Source: an uncultured bacterium
Lineage (GTDB): Bacteria > UBA8481
Direction: 5' to 3'
Assembly: GCA_964499705.1 (NCBI GenBank)
Contig: CAZCME010000001.1
Coordinates: 323,243-387,242 of the forward strand
Length of the DNA: 64,000 nt
The number at the start of each line of letters is the position of its first letter. Within the stretch, counting starts at the first letter, position 1. The position numbers were made by a program, and so were the translations under genes. This document shows, in pieces, positions 19,055 through 29,429 of this stretch. The notes beneath the pieces were generated by a model. That model did not search any database, was not told the origin of the DNA, and saw only the letters and a list, made by a program, of their open reading frames with translations.

Positions 19055-20097
19055 CCGCCGTGTTCCGACGCTATTTCCTGCGCGATGTAGAGGCCCAGGC
19101 CGAGCCCGCCCTGCTTGTCATGATGTTGGCCGCGCTCGAACTTGCCGAAGATCCGATCCCGGTCCTCCGGGTGTATCCCTTTGCCGCGATCCGACACGGA
19201 TAGGGTGGCGTGGACTTCATCGCCGCGGATGATCAGCTCGATCGGGGCATGCGCGCCGTGCCGGATCGCGTTCGTCAGGAGGTTCACGATGATCTCCTCG
19301 ATGCGCAACCGGTCGCAAAGGCAGGTGACCGGTTCCGGCGCGTCGACCTTGAGCGTGCAACCCGCGCGCGCCAGGGGGGACTCCAGGCGCGCGGCACTTT
19401 CATGAACCAGGTTCCGGAGGTCGCATTCTTCGAGGTTCAGCCTGTGGTCGCCCGAGGCAATGCGCGAAACGCTCAGCAGATTCTCGATGAGCCTCGCCAT
19501 CCGTTCCGCCTGCTGCTCGGCGATCTCGATCTGTCGGGCGAATCCTTCTTCGGAGATGGCGACCTTCGATTTGCCGCGCGCCATGCGTGCGATCCCCTGG
19601 AGCTGGAACTGGAGCGCGCTGAAAGGTGTCTTCAGTTCATGCGAAGCGATCGCCACGAACGTATCGTGCTTGCGCTTCGCTTCCTCCGCCTCGGCGCGCG
19701 CCACTTTCTCGCATTTCAGAAGTCGCGCGCATTCCTGCTCGGCGAGGACTCGCGCGGTGACGTCGCGAACGAGCTCGACACCGGCGACGATCCGGCCCAT
19801 GGAATTGCGGAGAGGGGAGGCCACGATCTCGAAATACCGGTCACCATGTTTGCAGTCAATGCGGCGCGTGGAGATATGACTGCCGCCGTCCTTCAGGGAT
19901 CTCTCCAGGGGACAGTGATCACAGACGACCTGGCGGCATTCGTACGCATCGTGGCATGTGCGGCCGACATGACTGCCGAACACGCTCTGATGTTGCGCGT
20001 TCTGGTACAGAATGCGGAGATTTTCATCGAGGACGACGATTCCGTCGGCCAGAGCATTCAGGAAATCCTGGGGTCGGATTTCATCGAGAACTCTCAT
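19055..20097 (-). CDS. PAS-domain sensor histidine kinase (C-terminus lost in the gap)
   Basis: PAS with CHDAYECRQVVCDHCP, H-box ASHELKTP, N-box NLLTNAIRH, G1 DRGKGI, G2 GLGLGL. Confidence 0.92.
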
Positions 20098-20111
20098 CGC
20101 CCTATCTCACC

Positions 20112-20558
20112 TCATGCGCTCGAGCGACTTCTTCCGCTTCCGCCGTTCCGGGCAGGAATTCTCTTCTGACGAGGAGCATTCTTCACCATGATGGCGGCAA
20201 GGCAGCCGTTGGCATGGGAATCGGGACGAACGCCCAGGACATGATGGACGAATTTGTCGACCTGGTGGAGGTGTTCGGTCTCGCCGCGTCGCGCCATCGC
20301 GCAGAGCGAAGAGCAGACTCCGGCCTCCAGTTCTTCCGCGGGAGATATGGCCAGCGACAGAAGGCGCGGGCATTTCATGGCGCGTGCGAGGCGATAAAGC
20401 GTCGTCAGGGTGATGTTGACCTTGCCGTTTTCGATCCTGCTGTAATAACGAACATCGAGGCTTGCTCGATCGGCGATCTGGATCTGCGTCAGGCCGAGCT
20501 CACCCCTTAGATGTCTCATCCTTCGTCCGAACGCGAGTATGAGCGGATTTTCCTTCAC
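20112..20558 (-). CDS. XRE-family HTH transcriptional regulator
   Basis: FGRRMRHLRGELGLTQIQIA...YYSRIENGKVNITL. Confidence 0.82.
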   Translation of the reverse strand: MKENPLILAFGRRMRHLRGELGLTQIQIADRASLDVRYYSRIENGKVNITLTTLYRLARAMKCPRLLSLAISPAEELEAGVCSSLCAMARRGETEHLHQVDKFVHHVLGVRPDSHANGCLAAIMVKNAPRQKRIPARNGGSGRSRSSA

Positions 20559-20733
20559 AATGCGCGCGAATTATCGCTTCCCCCCTTCCGTAAAACAATC
20601 TACTCGCATCACGATAATTGGGTCCGTTATCGCATCGGAAGGCGATATAAGTCGACAACAGATGCATATCCATTATGACAGGATCGAATGCCGGAAGTTG
20701 TGACGCGCGGATCGGCCGGGCCGGGATCGACGA

Positions 20734-21408
20734 TTAACAGTCCGTCGGCTTGCCGGATTTCTCCTTCGAGCCGCGCGCCCGATACCGAGAGCGATCGAGC
20801 TTTTCGGCCAGCAGCTCGACCTGGCGGCTGGCGACCTGCAGGAGGCCGGCGACATCATCGGCGCCCAGGTCGGCCTTGGATTCTCCGACGGCCGCGCGGG
20901 CAAGGCCCTGCAGCTGATAACTGACTGCAAGGGTCGCCGCTTTCAGCTCATCGGCGACGGTCTCCATGAGCGCGTCGCGATGTCGCAACGCGTTCTCCGC
21001 CTCCGCCCGCGAATTCTTCTCCCGCTCCAGGAGCCGCTCGCGCGCCTGTTCAGCGTGCACGCGCTCGGTGATGTCGCGGACGAGCTCCACGCCCGCGACG
21101 ACCCGGCCCCACGAATTGCGGATGGTCGATGCGGCGATTTCCACGTACCGGTCGCCGTTCGGATGGTGAATGCGACGCGTGGAGACGTGCCGCTCCCCGT
21201 CCTCCAGGGCGCACTCCAGAGGGCATCGATCGCAGATGACCTGTCCGCATTCGTAGGCATCCTTGCATTTTCGTCCCACATGCCTGCCGAAGATGTCCTC
21301 GTGGGTCGCGTTCTGATACAGGATGCGAAAAGTGGAATCCAGGACGACGATCCCGTCCGGTATGGCGTTCAGGAATGCAAGAGGCCGTATTTCATCAAGA
21401 ATTCTCAT
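20734..21408 (-). CDS. PAS-domain protein; truncated paralogue of the adjacent kinase lacking the phospho-His and ATPase domain
   Basis: N-terminus closely parallels 19055-20097 (MRILDEIRP...CKDAYECGQVICDRCP...AGVELVRD); H-box reads VADELKAA. Confidence 0.75.
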   Translation of the reverse strand: MRILDEIRPLAFLNAIPDGIVVLDSTFRILYQNATHEDIFGRHVGRKCKDAYECGQVICDRCPLECALEDGERHVSTRRIHHPNGDRYVEIAASTIRNSWGRVVAGVELVRDITERVHAEQARERLLEREKNSRAEAENALRHRDALMETVADELKAATLAVSYQLQGLARAAVGESKADLGADDVAGLLQVASRQVELLAEKLDRSRYRARGSKEKSGKPTDC

Positions 21409-21615
21409 CGGACTTCACCGTTCTCCCGGCGCATGACGATGGTGATGAGCGACTCCCTTTGTCGACAACTGTGAATGACGCCCCCCTTGCAGAACTCTGC
21501 GGCACGTAATGGAACGCAACCTGATCGACGATTACTTGTCGCGATTCTCCATCAGTATGGCATGGGGAGAAGAATCAATGATGTGATCAGGGAAATAGTT
21601 TCGAAATTTCCGGGA

Positions 21616-22422
21616 TCATGATCCAGGAAGAGGCTCGGATATATCCGGCGCGCTCCTGATTTCCAGATCATCGTTGTACACCACGCCGGAATCCACTCCG
21701 GGCGCCGCATACATCCCGAAATGTGCCTGTTCGAGAACTCCCCGCCCCCCCTCCACATGGGCCGCCGAGACGAGCGCGCCATCCTGACAGACGATGGCGC
21801 GGCCAGCGCGCGAATCGAAATCGATGAACATCGAGAGTTTCACCCACTGCCGCAGTGGAAAACGCGTCGACGTCGTCTGGAACGTGCGCTGTCCTTCTCC
21901 GTGCCGGGGCACATGCATGAGATGAACGAAGCCGTGATCGTCGAGATTCACGCAGACGACGCGTTTCCAGCGGTCGGAGGCGTCCGCCGAGAGCGTCGCG
22001 AAGCTGAACCATTCGCCGCGCTTCAACGCAACATCGAGCCAGACCCACAGCGTGATGAGCGTCGGACCTCGAAATCCGCCTCCGGATCGATGAAACTGGA
22101 ACGTCGGATATCCCCGGTGATTGGGCCCGTCCTGGTCGAATCTCCAGAAGCCGTTCGATCCCCGGATCCATGCCTTGTGCGCTCGAGCCCCTGAACGCAC
22201 CTTGTCGCCGGACAATTCGTGGAACGTCGTTCCGAGCTGTCCGCTGCGGGTGATATAGGAACCGGCGTAATCATCCGGCGATTCGAATCCGACCGAGAAG
22301 GAATCGCGACCGCTCGCGGAGAAAGGGCGTCCGCCGTTGCCCTGCCGGACGCTCGAGAAGGCCGCCATACCCGCGATCAGGATCGTGAGCGCGGACATAA
22401 CGGAGGTCGAAGGCTTAATCAT
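21616..22422 (-). CDS. Secreted hypothetical protein, possibly a beta-sandwich (ConA/lyase-like) fold
   Basis: N-terminal hydrophobic signal; beta-rich pattern FPLRQWVKL...QDG...HFGMY...YNDD. Confidence 0.6.
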   Translation of the reverse strand: MIKPSTSVMSALTILIAGMAAFSSVRQGNGGRPFSASGRDSFSVGFESPDDYAGSYITRSGQLGTTFHELSGDKVRSGARAHKAWIRGSNGFWRFDQDGPNHRGYPTFQFHRSGGGFRGPTLITLWVWLDVALKRGEWFSFATLSADASDRWKRVVCVNLDDHGFVHLMHVPRHGEGQRTFQTTSTRFPLRQWVKLSMFIDFDSRAGRAIVCQDGALVSAAHVEGGRGVLEQAHFGMYAAPGVDSGVVYNDDLEIRSAPDISEPLPGS

Positions 22423-22504
22423 GGTGGAATGATATTGCGGATCGAGGAGATGGAGTGGTGAAAACCCTTGAAAATTCGAAATCCGGAATATCGGACTTCG
22501 TTTG

Positions 22505-22687
22505 GCAGAGGTTCCCCAACTGAAGAATCTTTAACCACGAACCACACGAACCACACGAAAATAGGCCTTTCGATGGGATAAAATTGAGTCCGCGGTCGCG
22601 GAGAGTATTCTTTTACCTCTTCTCACTTTTCTTTTCGTGGTTTTCGTGTGGTTCGTGGTTTCAGGTTTTGTGGATGGGGAACTTCTG
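22505..22687. mobile_element. MITE-like inverted-repeat element with 9-bp tandem-unit arms (copy 2), nested inside 7-bp-unit inverted repeats
   Basis: Left arm gcagaggttccccaactgaagaatctttaaccacgaaccacacgaaccacacgaaa; right arm 22633-22687; interior homologous to the reverse complement of copy 3. Confidence 0.75.
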
Positions 22688-22777
22688 TTTGTTCGGATTT
22701 CAGATTTAAGATTTCGGATTTGAAATGCGTTTCACCGTGTCCGCTCTCACACATCGATTCCCATTCTCGAAAACGCT

Positions 22778-22795
22778 TTGTGAATGCTTTCACCC
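22778..22795. promoter_or_regulatory. Rex/Crp-like operator candidate upstream of the hydrogenase operon
   Basis: TTGTGAA-TGCT-TTCACCC versus Rex consensus TTGTGAA-N4-TTCACAA; also fits TGTGA-N6-TCACC. Confidence 0.5.
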
Positions 22796-22890
22796 TATTT
22801 GAGACGGGGTCGATATATCACATTTCAAATTATGAGAGTTGCCGGCGGAACATTTCCTGCAGTCTTTATTGCGCGGGAGGTGCCGGAAAC

Positions 22891-23160
22891 GTGTGCCTGG
22901 CAGTACTCGCGCGTGTCGCGCATCACAGTGGTGAGGACGCGGTCGTGGAGATTGGCGGCGTCCGGCGTGCGGCATCGCTGGCGCTCCAGCCCGATGCCAG
23001 GCCCGGCGATTGGGTCCTTGTGCATGCGGGATATGCTATCGCGCTGCTCGATGAAGAGGAAGCTCTGCGAGCGCTGGCGGATGCGCAGGGATTTTCGGGA
23101 GGGTGGGAAGAAGGAGCCGATCCGGAATTGGCTCCGATTCATGCGAACGACGCATCGTGA
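22891..23160 (+). CDS. hypC: Hydrogenase maturation chaperone HypC
   Basis: GTG start giving MCLAV; GDWVLVHAGYAI; GGAGG RBS. Confidence 0.93.
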   Translation: MCLAVLARVAHHSGEDAVVEIGGVRRAASLALQPDARPGDWVLVHAGYAIALLDEEEALRALADAQGFSGGWEEGADPELAPIHANDAS

Positions 23161-24350
23161 TCTTTCCGGCTCTGGAATCGGGAATTCAGGTTTCGAACGA
23201 GAAGAATCCCATCGCGGCCTGGCGTGATCCACGCCTTGCGCGCACAATCCTCTCGCAGATTCGCAGGCTCGCCGTCGAGGCGGGCCGTCCGCTCCGGTTC
23301 ATGGAAGTCTGCGGGACGCACACGATGTCGGCGGCTCGCGCCGGTCTGCATGATCTTCTGCCGAATTCCGTCCGCCTCTCGTCGGGCCCCGGTTGCCCGG
23401 TCTGCGTCACCTCTCCAGGTTTTATCGCCGCCGCCGTGGATCTTTCCCGCGATCGCCGTATCACGATCGCGACGTTCGGAGATCTTGTCCGTGTGCCGGG
23501 TGCCGCCGCGCCCGCCCACCGTGTTTCGCTGGAACGTGCGCGCGCATCCGGCGCCGATATCCGCGTCGTCTATTCCGCGCTGGATGCTCTCGCGCTCGCG
23601 CGGCGCGATGCCTCCCGCGAAATCGTCTTTCTCGGCGTGGGTTTCGAGACAACGGCTCCCACCGTTGCCGCCGCGGTCCGGCGCGCCGCGATGGAAGGCA
23701 TCACCAACTTCAGCGTGCTGCCCGCCCACAAGACGATGCCGCGCGCGCTCAGGGCGATTCTCGATTCCGGCGATGTCAGGATCGACGGGCTCCTCTGTCC
23801 CGGTCACGTCTCGGTCATCACGGGATCCCTGGTCTATGGATTCATCGCGCGCGAATTCGGAGTGCCCTGCGCGATCGCGGGATTCGAACCGGTGGACATG
23901 CTCGTCGGTATCCGCTCGCTGCTGGAACAGCATGTCGCGGGACGCGCGGAGGTCGTGAACTCCTACGGCCGCGTCGTGCGCGATGAGGGGAACTTCCGCG
24001 CGAGGAATCTTATGGACGAGATCTTCGAGCCGGAGGACGCCGAATGGCGGGGCTTCGGAGTGATTCCGGAATCGGGCCTGGGATTTCGCCGGGAGCATCA
24101 CCATCGGGACGCGGTGAGGCGATTCCGAATCGTCGTTCCGCGGATCATGCCTCCGCCGAGCTGCCGCTGCGGCGAAATACTGCGCGGCGCGGAGGAACCC
24201 GACCAGTGCGCTCATTTTGGGCGTGATTGCATTCCGGCGCGGCCGGTCGGCCCCTGCATGGTTTCGAACGAAGGCGCCTGCGCGGCGGCGTTTCGATACA
24301 GGCGAGCGCCGCTCTCGATCGGTTCACTGGTATCGGAAGCGACCGCATGA
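23157..24350 (+). CDS. hypD: Hydrogenase maturation protein HypD
   Basis: MEVCGTHT, GPGCPVC, GFETT, PGHVS, CRCGEIL, GPCMVSNEGAC. Confidence 0.96.
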   Translation: MIFPALESGIQVSNEKNPIAAWRDPRLARTILSQIRRLAVEAGRPLRFMEVCGTHTMSAARAGLHDLLPNSVRLSSGPGCPVCVTSPGFIAAAVDLSRDRRITIATFGDLVRVPGAAAPAHRVSLERARASGADIRVVYSALDALALARRDASREIVFLGVGFETTAPTVAAAVRRAAMEGITNFSVLPAHKTMPRALRAILDSGDVRIDGLLCPGHVSVITGSLVYGFIAREFGVPCAIAGFEPVDMLVGIRSLLEQHVAGRAEVVNSYGRVVRDEGNFRARNLMDEIFEPEDAEWRGFGVIPESGLGFRREHHHRDAVRRFRIVVPRIMPPPSCRCGEILRGAEEPDQCAHFGRDCIPARPVGPCMVSNEGACAAAFRYRRAPLSIGSLVSEATA

Positions 24351-25450
24351 ACGGTAGAATCCTCGACCTGAAACGGCCAGCGCGGCCCCTCACCGAGGGC
24401 TTCGACGGCCGGGTCCTCCGTGCGCATGGCGGCGGCGGCAGCGCGACGCGCGATCTGCTCGAGGCAATAGTCTTTCCTCGCCTGTCGAATCTCCGCCTGG
24501 ACGAACGAGGCGACTCCGCGGTGTGGTCTCCGGAGTTGAAGCCCGGCGAGCGGCTGGCTTTCACGACCGACGCGTTTGTCGTGACGCCGCTGGAATTTCC
24601 CGGCGGCGATCTCGGGCGGCTCGCGGTCTGCGGCACGGTCAACGATCTTGCCGTGAGCGGCGCGCGTCCCCAGGCGATTTCGCTCGCTCTCATCCTTGAA
24701 GAAGGTCTTCCCTTTGACACGCTCCGCAGGCTCGTCGATTCCGCGCGATCGGCGGCGGAGGAAGCGGGAGTGGAGATCGTCACGGGAGACACGAAGGTGA
24801 TCGAGAGCCGTGGCGACGCGGGTTGTTTCGCGGTGACGAGCGGGATCGGCGTCATCCCTTCCGGAAGAAATCTATCCCTGCGGAAAATCCGGCCGGGCGA
24901 CGCCATCATCGTGACCGCGTCCATCGCCAATCATGGAACGGCGATCATGGCCGCGCGCGACGGCATCGGGTTCTCCGGGGATATCTCCTCCGACGCCATG
25001 CCCCTGAACGGCCTCGTCGAGGGATTCCTGCGTGCCGTTCCCGACACGCGTTTCCTCCGGGATGCCACGCGCGGAGGTGTCTCCGGTGTCGTGTGCGAAG
25101 TCGCGGAATCCACCGAGCATAACGTGCGGCTCAGGGAATCGGCTCTGCCCATCCGGCCCGGGACGCGCGCCGCGCTGGAACTGCTCGGGCTCGATCCGCT
25201 CGATGTGGCCAATGAAGGTGTGCTCATCGCCATCGTTCCCGGCACCGCGGCGAATTTCGCGCTGGAGGCCCTGAGGAGCGACCCGGCGGGGCGTGAAGCG
25301 GCCATCATCGGCTCGATTCTCGACGGCTCAAATCATGGCGACTTGTCTCGTAACGACATGTCGCGTGGCCACGCCGAACTGGAGACCTCCACCGGCGGCC
25401 GGAGGATTCTCGTGCCTCCTTACGGAGAGGAACTCCCGCGCATATGCTGA
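24347..25450 (+). CDS. hypE: Carbamoyl dehydratase HypE
   Basis: HGGGG, FPGGDLGRLAVCGTVND, GDTKV, RDATRGG, C-terminal PRIC. Confidence 0.96.
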   Translation: MNGRILDLKRPARPLTEGFDGRVLRAHGGGGSATRDLLEAIVFPRLSNLRLDERGDSAVWSPELKPGERLAFTTDAFVVTPLEFPGGDLGRLAVCGTVNDLAVSGARPQAISLALILEEGLPFDTLRRLVDSARSAAEEAGVEIVTGDTKVIESRGDAGCFAVTSGIGVIPSGRNLSLRKIRPGDAIIVTASIANHGTAIMAARDGIGFSGDISSDAMPLNGLVEGFLRAVPDTRFLRDATRGGVSGVVCEVAESTEHNVRLRESALPIRPGTRAALELLGLDPLDVANEGVLIAIVPGTAANFALEALRSDPAGREAAIIGSILDGSNHGDLSRNDMSRGHAELETSTGGRRILVPPYGEELPRIC

Positions 25451-26493
25451 CGATCCTGCCGAAGGAGAATGCCGGAGCGGCGGTGCGCGCATTGATGGAC
25501 GAGGGCGGGGTGGTGGCGCCGATCGAACGCGACGGCGAAGCGATCTTCGCCCGCCTTCGCGATTCCACGGAAGCGAGGCTGGATGCGAAGAGAACGCTCC
25601 ATTCCGCCAAGACGGCTCTTCTGCCCGCGCGCGATCCTTTCCTCCGCTTCGATCTGGTCGGAGCAACCTGGGAAACCATTCCGCTGGATGCGCCCCGCTT
25701 TCTCCTCGGTCTTCATCCCTGCGATGTCTGGGCGCACGAAGCGTTCGATCTCTGGATGAACGAAGGAGTTCCCGATGACCGGTATGATGCCGCCGAATCC
25801 GCGGTCACCATCATCGCGTTGAAGTGCGCCGAGCCCTGCGGCGAGGACTGCTTCTGCGGAGCGATGGGTACATGGAGACCGAGGGCGTTCGACATCCTCA
25901 TGACCGACGATGGCGACCGCTATCTCCTGGAGGCCGCGAGCGACCACGGCCGCCACGTGCTCCATCTTTGGAATCGATGGATCCTTTTCTCCGATGCGTC
26001 CGCCGAAAAGCGCCATGTCGAGATCCTGGCTTCCGCGGAGAAAGCCTTCGCCGGTTCAAGCCGCTGCGGCACGGCGCATCCCTTCCGGATCGACGAGCTG
26101 CCGGCCGCCATGAAGCGCGCCTTTCATGCACCCTGGTGGCATGACATGGCCGAGCGATGTCTCGACTGCGGACAGTGCGTGGCGGTCTGTCCCACGTGCA
26201 CCTGCTTCGCGATGACGGACGAATGCGATTTCGAGATGAAGGAGTGCATCCGTTGCCGCGTTACCGACGGCTGCATGTTCGCGCCCTTCGCGGAGGTCGC
26301 GGGCGGGCACAATTTCCGGCGCGATCGATACGCGCGGATCCGCCACAGGATGAATCGCAAGGGGAACTGGCTGAACGAGCGCTTCAGCATCCCGTTCTGC
26401 GTCGGGTGCGGCCGATGCGTCACGACGTGTCCCGTGGAGATCTCGCCGTGGAAAGTATTCCGCCGCGCGTGCGGGGAGGCGATCGATGTCTGA
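25444..26493 (+). CDS. Group 3b hydrogenase (sulfhydrogenase) beta subunit, 4Fe-4S dicluster
   Basis: PCD, CFC, CLDCGQCVAVCPTCTCF, CVGCGRCVTTCP. Confidence 0.9.
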   Translation: MLTILPKENAGAAVRALMDEGGVVAPIERDGEAIFARLRDSTEARLDAKRTLHSAKTALLPARDPFLRFDLVGATWETIPLDAPRFLLGLHPCDVWAHEAFDLWMNEGVPDDRYDAAESAVTIIALKCAEPCGEDCFCGAMGTWRPRAFDILMTDDGDRYLLEAASDHGRHVLHLWNRWILFSDASAEKRHVEILASAEKAFAGSSRCGTAHPFRIDELPAAMKRAFHAPWWHDMAERCLDCGQCVAVCPTCTCFAMTDECDFEMKECIRCRVTDGCMFAPFAEVAGGHNFRRDRYARIRHRMNRKGNWLNERFSIPFCVGCGRCVTTCPVEISPWKVFRRACGEAIDV

Positions 26494-27310
26494 GGCGTGC
26501 GTGTATCTACCGCGCCCGGCGCGGCTTTTGAAGGTGGAGACGCTCACGGCGGCGGAGAAACTCTTCGAGCTCTCGATCGACGTCGGCGCCTTCCATCCGG
26601 AACCGGGCCGGTTCGTCCAGGTGACGGTTCCCGGAGTCGGCGAATGCCCGATCTCGATCTGTTCCGCTCCGCGCGCCGACGGCCGGTTCCAGCTCTGCGT
26701 TCGCCGCGTCGGCCTGGTGACGCGCGCGATGCATCGGCTCCAGCCCGGCGATTCTCTCGGGATCCGCGGTCCGTACGGCCGCGGATTCCCGCTCCATAAA
26801 TTCCTCGGCCGCGATCTCATCATCGTCGCGGGAGGGCTCGGCATGGCCCCTCTGCGGTCTCTAGTCCAGGCCGTTCTCGAAGATCGCTCAAGGTTCGAAC
26901 GGCTGACGCTCGTGTACGGAACGCGTTCGCCCGCCGATCTGCTGTTCCGCGATGAAGTCCACGCGTGGTATCACGAGAACGTGATGCGGACGATCGTGAC
27001 GGTGGACGTCGCTCCGTCCGGCGACTGGACAGGTCAGATCGGGCCGGTGACTGTTCCGTTGCGGCGATTGGAGCTCGATCCGGAGCGCACCAGCGCCGTC
27101 GTGGTGGGGCCGCCCGTGATGTTCAAGTACGTCCTCGAAGTGCTCCGCGAGAAAGGTCTCGACGACCAGCATATCTGGTGCTCCTTCGAGCGTCGGATGT
27201 TCTGCGGCATCGGCAAGTGCGGCCAATGCCAGATCGAGGATCTCCTCACGTGCCGCGACGGCCCGGTTCTTTCGGTCGCGGATCTCGGCGGCCGGGAGGA
27301 AGCTCTATGA
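26486..27310 (+). CDS. Group 3b hydrogenase gamma subunit (FAD/NAD(P)-binding, 2Fe-2S)
   Basis: RGPYGRGF, AGGLGMAPLRS, GPPVM, ERRMFCGIGKCGQC...CRDGPV. Confidence 0.92.
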   Translation: MSEACVYLPRPARLLKVETLTAAEKLFELSIDVGAFHPEPGRFVQVTVPGVGECPISICSAPRADGRFQLCVRRVGLVTRAMHRLQPGDSLGIRGPYGRGFPLHKFLGRDLIIVAGGLGMAPLRSLVQAVLEDRSRFERLTLVYGTRSPADLLFRDEVHAWYHENVMRTIVTVDVAPSGDWTGQIGPVTVPLRRLELDPERTSAVVVGPPVMFKYVLEVLREKGLDDQHIWCSFERRMFCGIGKCGQCQIEDLLTCRDGPVLSVADLGGREEAL

Positions 27311-28086
27311 CGACGAAGGCCAGGCCGCGCGTGGGATTTTTTTCGACCGCCTCCTGCGAAGGGTGCCAGCTCGCGGTGCTGGAGTGCGAACGCGAGCTGC
27401 CCGCCCTTTTCGAGCGCGTCGAGATCGTCCGGTTCCGGGAGGCGTCCTCATACGAAGGGCGGGAAATCGGGGAGGAGTATCTCGACGTGGCGTTCGTCGA
27501 AGGATCCGTGACGCGCGAGAAGGATGCGGAGGAAGTGCGCGAGATCCGGAGGCGATGCGGAGTCCTGGTCGCGCTCGGAGCATGCGCCGCGACGTGCGGG
27601 CTCAATGCGATGAAGAATCTCAGGCCGCTATCGGAGTCGAGAACCGAGGTTTACGGCGAAAGCGCGGATTGGTACGACACCTTTCCGACGCGGCCGGTGG
27701 CGGCCATCGCGCAGGTCGATTACACGCTCCGCGGTTGCCCGATCGACCGCGTCGAATTCCTGCGCTTCCTCACATTTCTCCTGCGGGATCTTCCGTTTCC
27801 CGCGCCGAAGCGGCCGGTCTGTTCCGAATGCAAATCGGCCGGCGTCGTCTGCCGCATGGTCCTGGGACAACCCTGCCTCGGACCCGTGACGACGTGCGGG
27901 TGCGGAGCGATCTGCACGCGATACGGCCGGTCCTGCGAGGGATGCCGCGGCCTTCTCGCCGATGCCAACATCGCCGGGATCGCGTATGCCTGGAAACGGC
28001 TGGGCGCTGAAAGGTCGCTGCTCGATCACCGCCTCAATCTCTTCAACGCCTACACGATGGCATCCCGAAAGAAGGCGAACGCATGA
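27307..28086 (+). CDS. Group 3b hydrogenase delta (small) subunit
   Basis: SCEGCQ, VEGS, GACA, GCP, CSECK...CLGPVT..GCGAIC...CEGCRG. Confidence 0.92.
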   Translation: MTTKARPRVGFFSTASCEGCQLAVLECERELPALFERVEIVRFREASSYEGREIGEEYLDVAFVEGSVTREKDAEEVREIRRRCGVLVALGACAATCGLNAMKNLRPLSESRTEVYGESADWYDTFPTRPVAAIAQVDYTLRGCPIDRVEFLRFLTFLLRDLPFPAPKRPVCSECKSAGVVCRMVLGQPCLGPVTTCGCGAICTRYGRSCEGCRGLLADANIAGIAYAWKRLGAERSLLDHRLNLFNAYTMASRKKANA

Positions 28087-29429
28087 AGGATATGCTCGTC
28101 AATGTTCATCATCTCGCGCGCGTCGAGGGCCACGGCAACATCGTGATCGATGTCCGCGAAGGAAAGCTTCGGGAGTGCCGGCTCGAGATCGTCGAGGCGC
28201 CGCGTTATTTCGAGGCGATGCTGCGGGGGCGGAGCTGGCAGGAGGCGGCCGGGATCACATGCCGCATCTGCGGTATCTGCTCAGTCGGCCACACGTCCGC
28301 CTCCATCCGCGCGACGGAGGACGCCTTCGGCATCACGCCTTCTCCCCAGACCATGCTGATCCGCCGCGCGCTTCTTCATGGCGAGACGATCCAGTCGCAC
28401 GTGCTGCACACGTATTTCCTGGCCGCTCCGGATTTCTTCGGAGCCCCATCCGTGATCCCGCTCGCGGGATCCCATCCTGTCGTCGTCAAGCGCGCTCTGA
28501 AGCTCAAGCGGCTCGCCAACGATGTCTGCCACCTGCTCGGCGGCCGCCACATTCATCCCATCGCGAGTGTTCCGGGAGGATTCTCCTCGCTGCCGCAGGA
28601 ATGCGACGTCGAGAAACTCCTGAAGCTGATCGAAGAAGCGCGGCCGGATATCGCCGCGACCGTGGAGACGTTCGCGGCCATCAGGATGCCCGACTTCACG
28701 CGCGCGACGGAATACCTGGCGCTCCATCGCGACGGGGAATACACGTTTCTTGGCGGCGCGGGCGAGTCGTTGAGATCGACCTATGGCGAAGACACGCTTC
28801 TCTCCGAGTATCAGAGCAAGGTTCGGGAGTACCCGGTTCCCCATTCCACCGCCAAGCATGTTCATGGCGGGTATGGAGCCTACATGGTGGGCGCGCTCGC
28901 CCGATTCGAAGTGAACGGGGCGTTTCTTCATGCGCGCGCGAAGGAAGCGGCCCGCGCCTTGAAGCTCGTGCCGGGCACGTGCAATACGTTCCTGAACAAT
29001 ATCGCCCAGGTCGTGGAGACGGTGCATTGTTTCGAGGATCTGCTCGGCTGCCTGCGCATGCTGTTGGATCGAGGAATCGCCCGGGAGATTCCGGACGTGA
29101 AACCCCGGGCCGGGCGCGGCGTCGGCGTCGTCGAAGTGCCGCGCGGAACTCTCTTTCACGAATACGAGTATGACGACCAGGGACTCATCCGGAAGGCCAA
29201 CTGCATCATTCCGACCGGTCAGAATCTCCATCACATCGAGAAGGACATGGAAGCCTACGTCCCGATCGCTCTTGCCTTTGGCGACGAGAAGAAGGCGACG
29301 CTCGGATTCGAGATGCTGGTGCGCGCGTACGATCCCTGCATCTCCTGTTCGACGCACATGCTGACGGTCTGCTTCGACGACGGCCAATCCCGGCGGGCGT
29401 ACGGAGCCGGCGCGGTTCCGCCGTCATGA
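28083..29429 (+). CDS. Group 3b [NiFe]-hydrogenase alpha (large) subunit
   Basis: ARVEGHG, L1 motif RICGIC, EVPRGTLFH, L2 motif RAYDPCISCSTH followed by a cleavable tail. Confidence 0.95.
   Translation: MKDMLVNVHHLARVEGHGNIVIDVREGKLRECRLEIVEAPRYFEAMLRGRSWQEAAGITCRICGICSVGHTSASIRATEDAFGITPSPQTMLIRRALLHGETIQSHVLHTYFLAAPDFFGAPSVIPLAGSHPVVVKRALKLKRLANDVCHLLGGRHIHPIASVPGGFSSLPQECDVEKLLKLIEEARPDIAATVETFAAIRMPDFTRATEYLALHRDGEYTFLGGAGESLRSTYGEDTLLSEYQSKVREYPVPHSTAKHVHGGYGAYMVGALARFEVNGAFLHARAKEAARALKLVPGTCNTFLNNIAQVVETVHCFEDLLGCLRMLLDRGIAREIPDVKPRAGRGVGVVEVPRGTLFHEYEYDDQGLIRKANCIIPTGQNLHHIEKDMEAYVPIALAFGDEKKATLGFEMLVRAYDPCISCSTHMLTVCFDDGQSRRAYGAGAVPPS

Noticed and set aside
28083-29429. Selenocysteine-containing [NiFeSe] hydrogenase
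   Set aside because: The L2 motif is DPCISC with ordinary Cys codons and no in-frame TGA.
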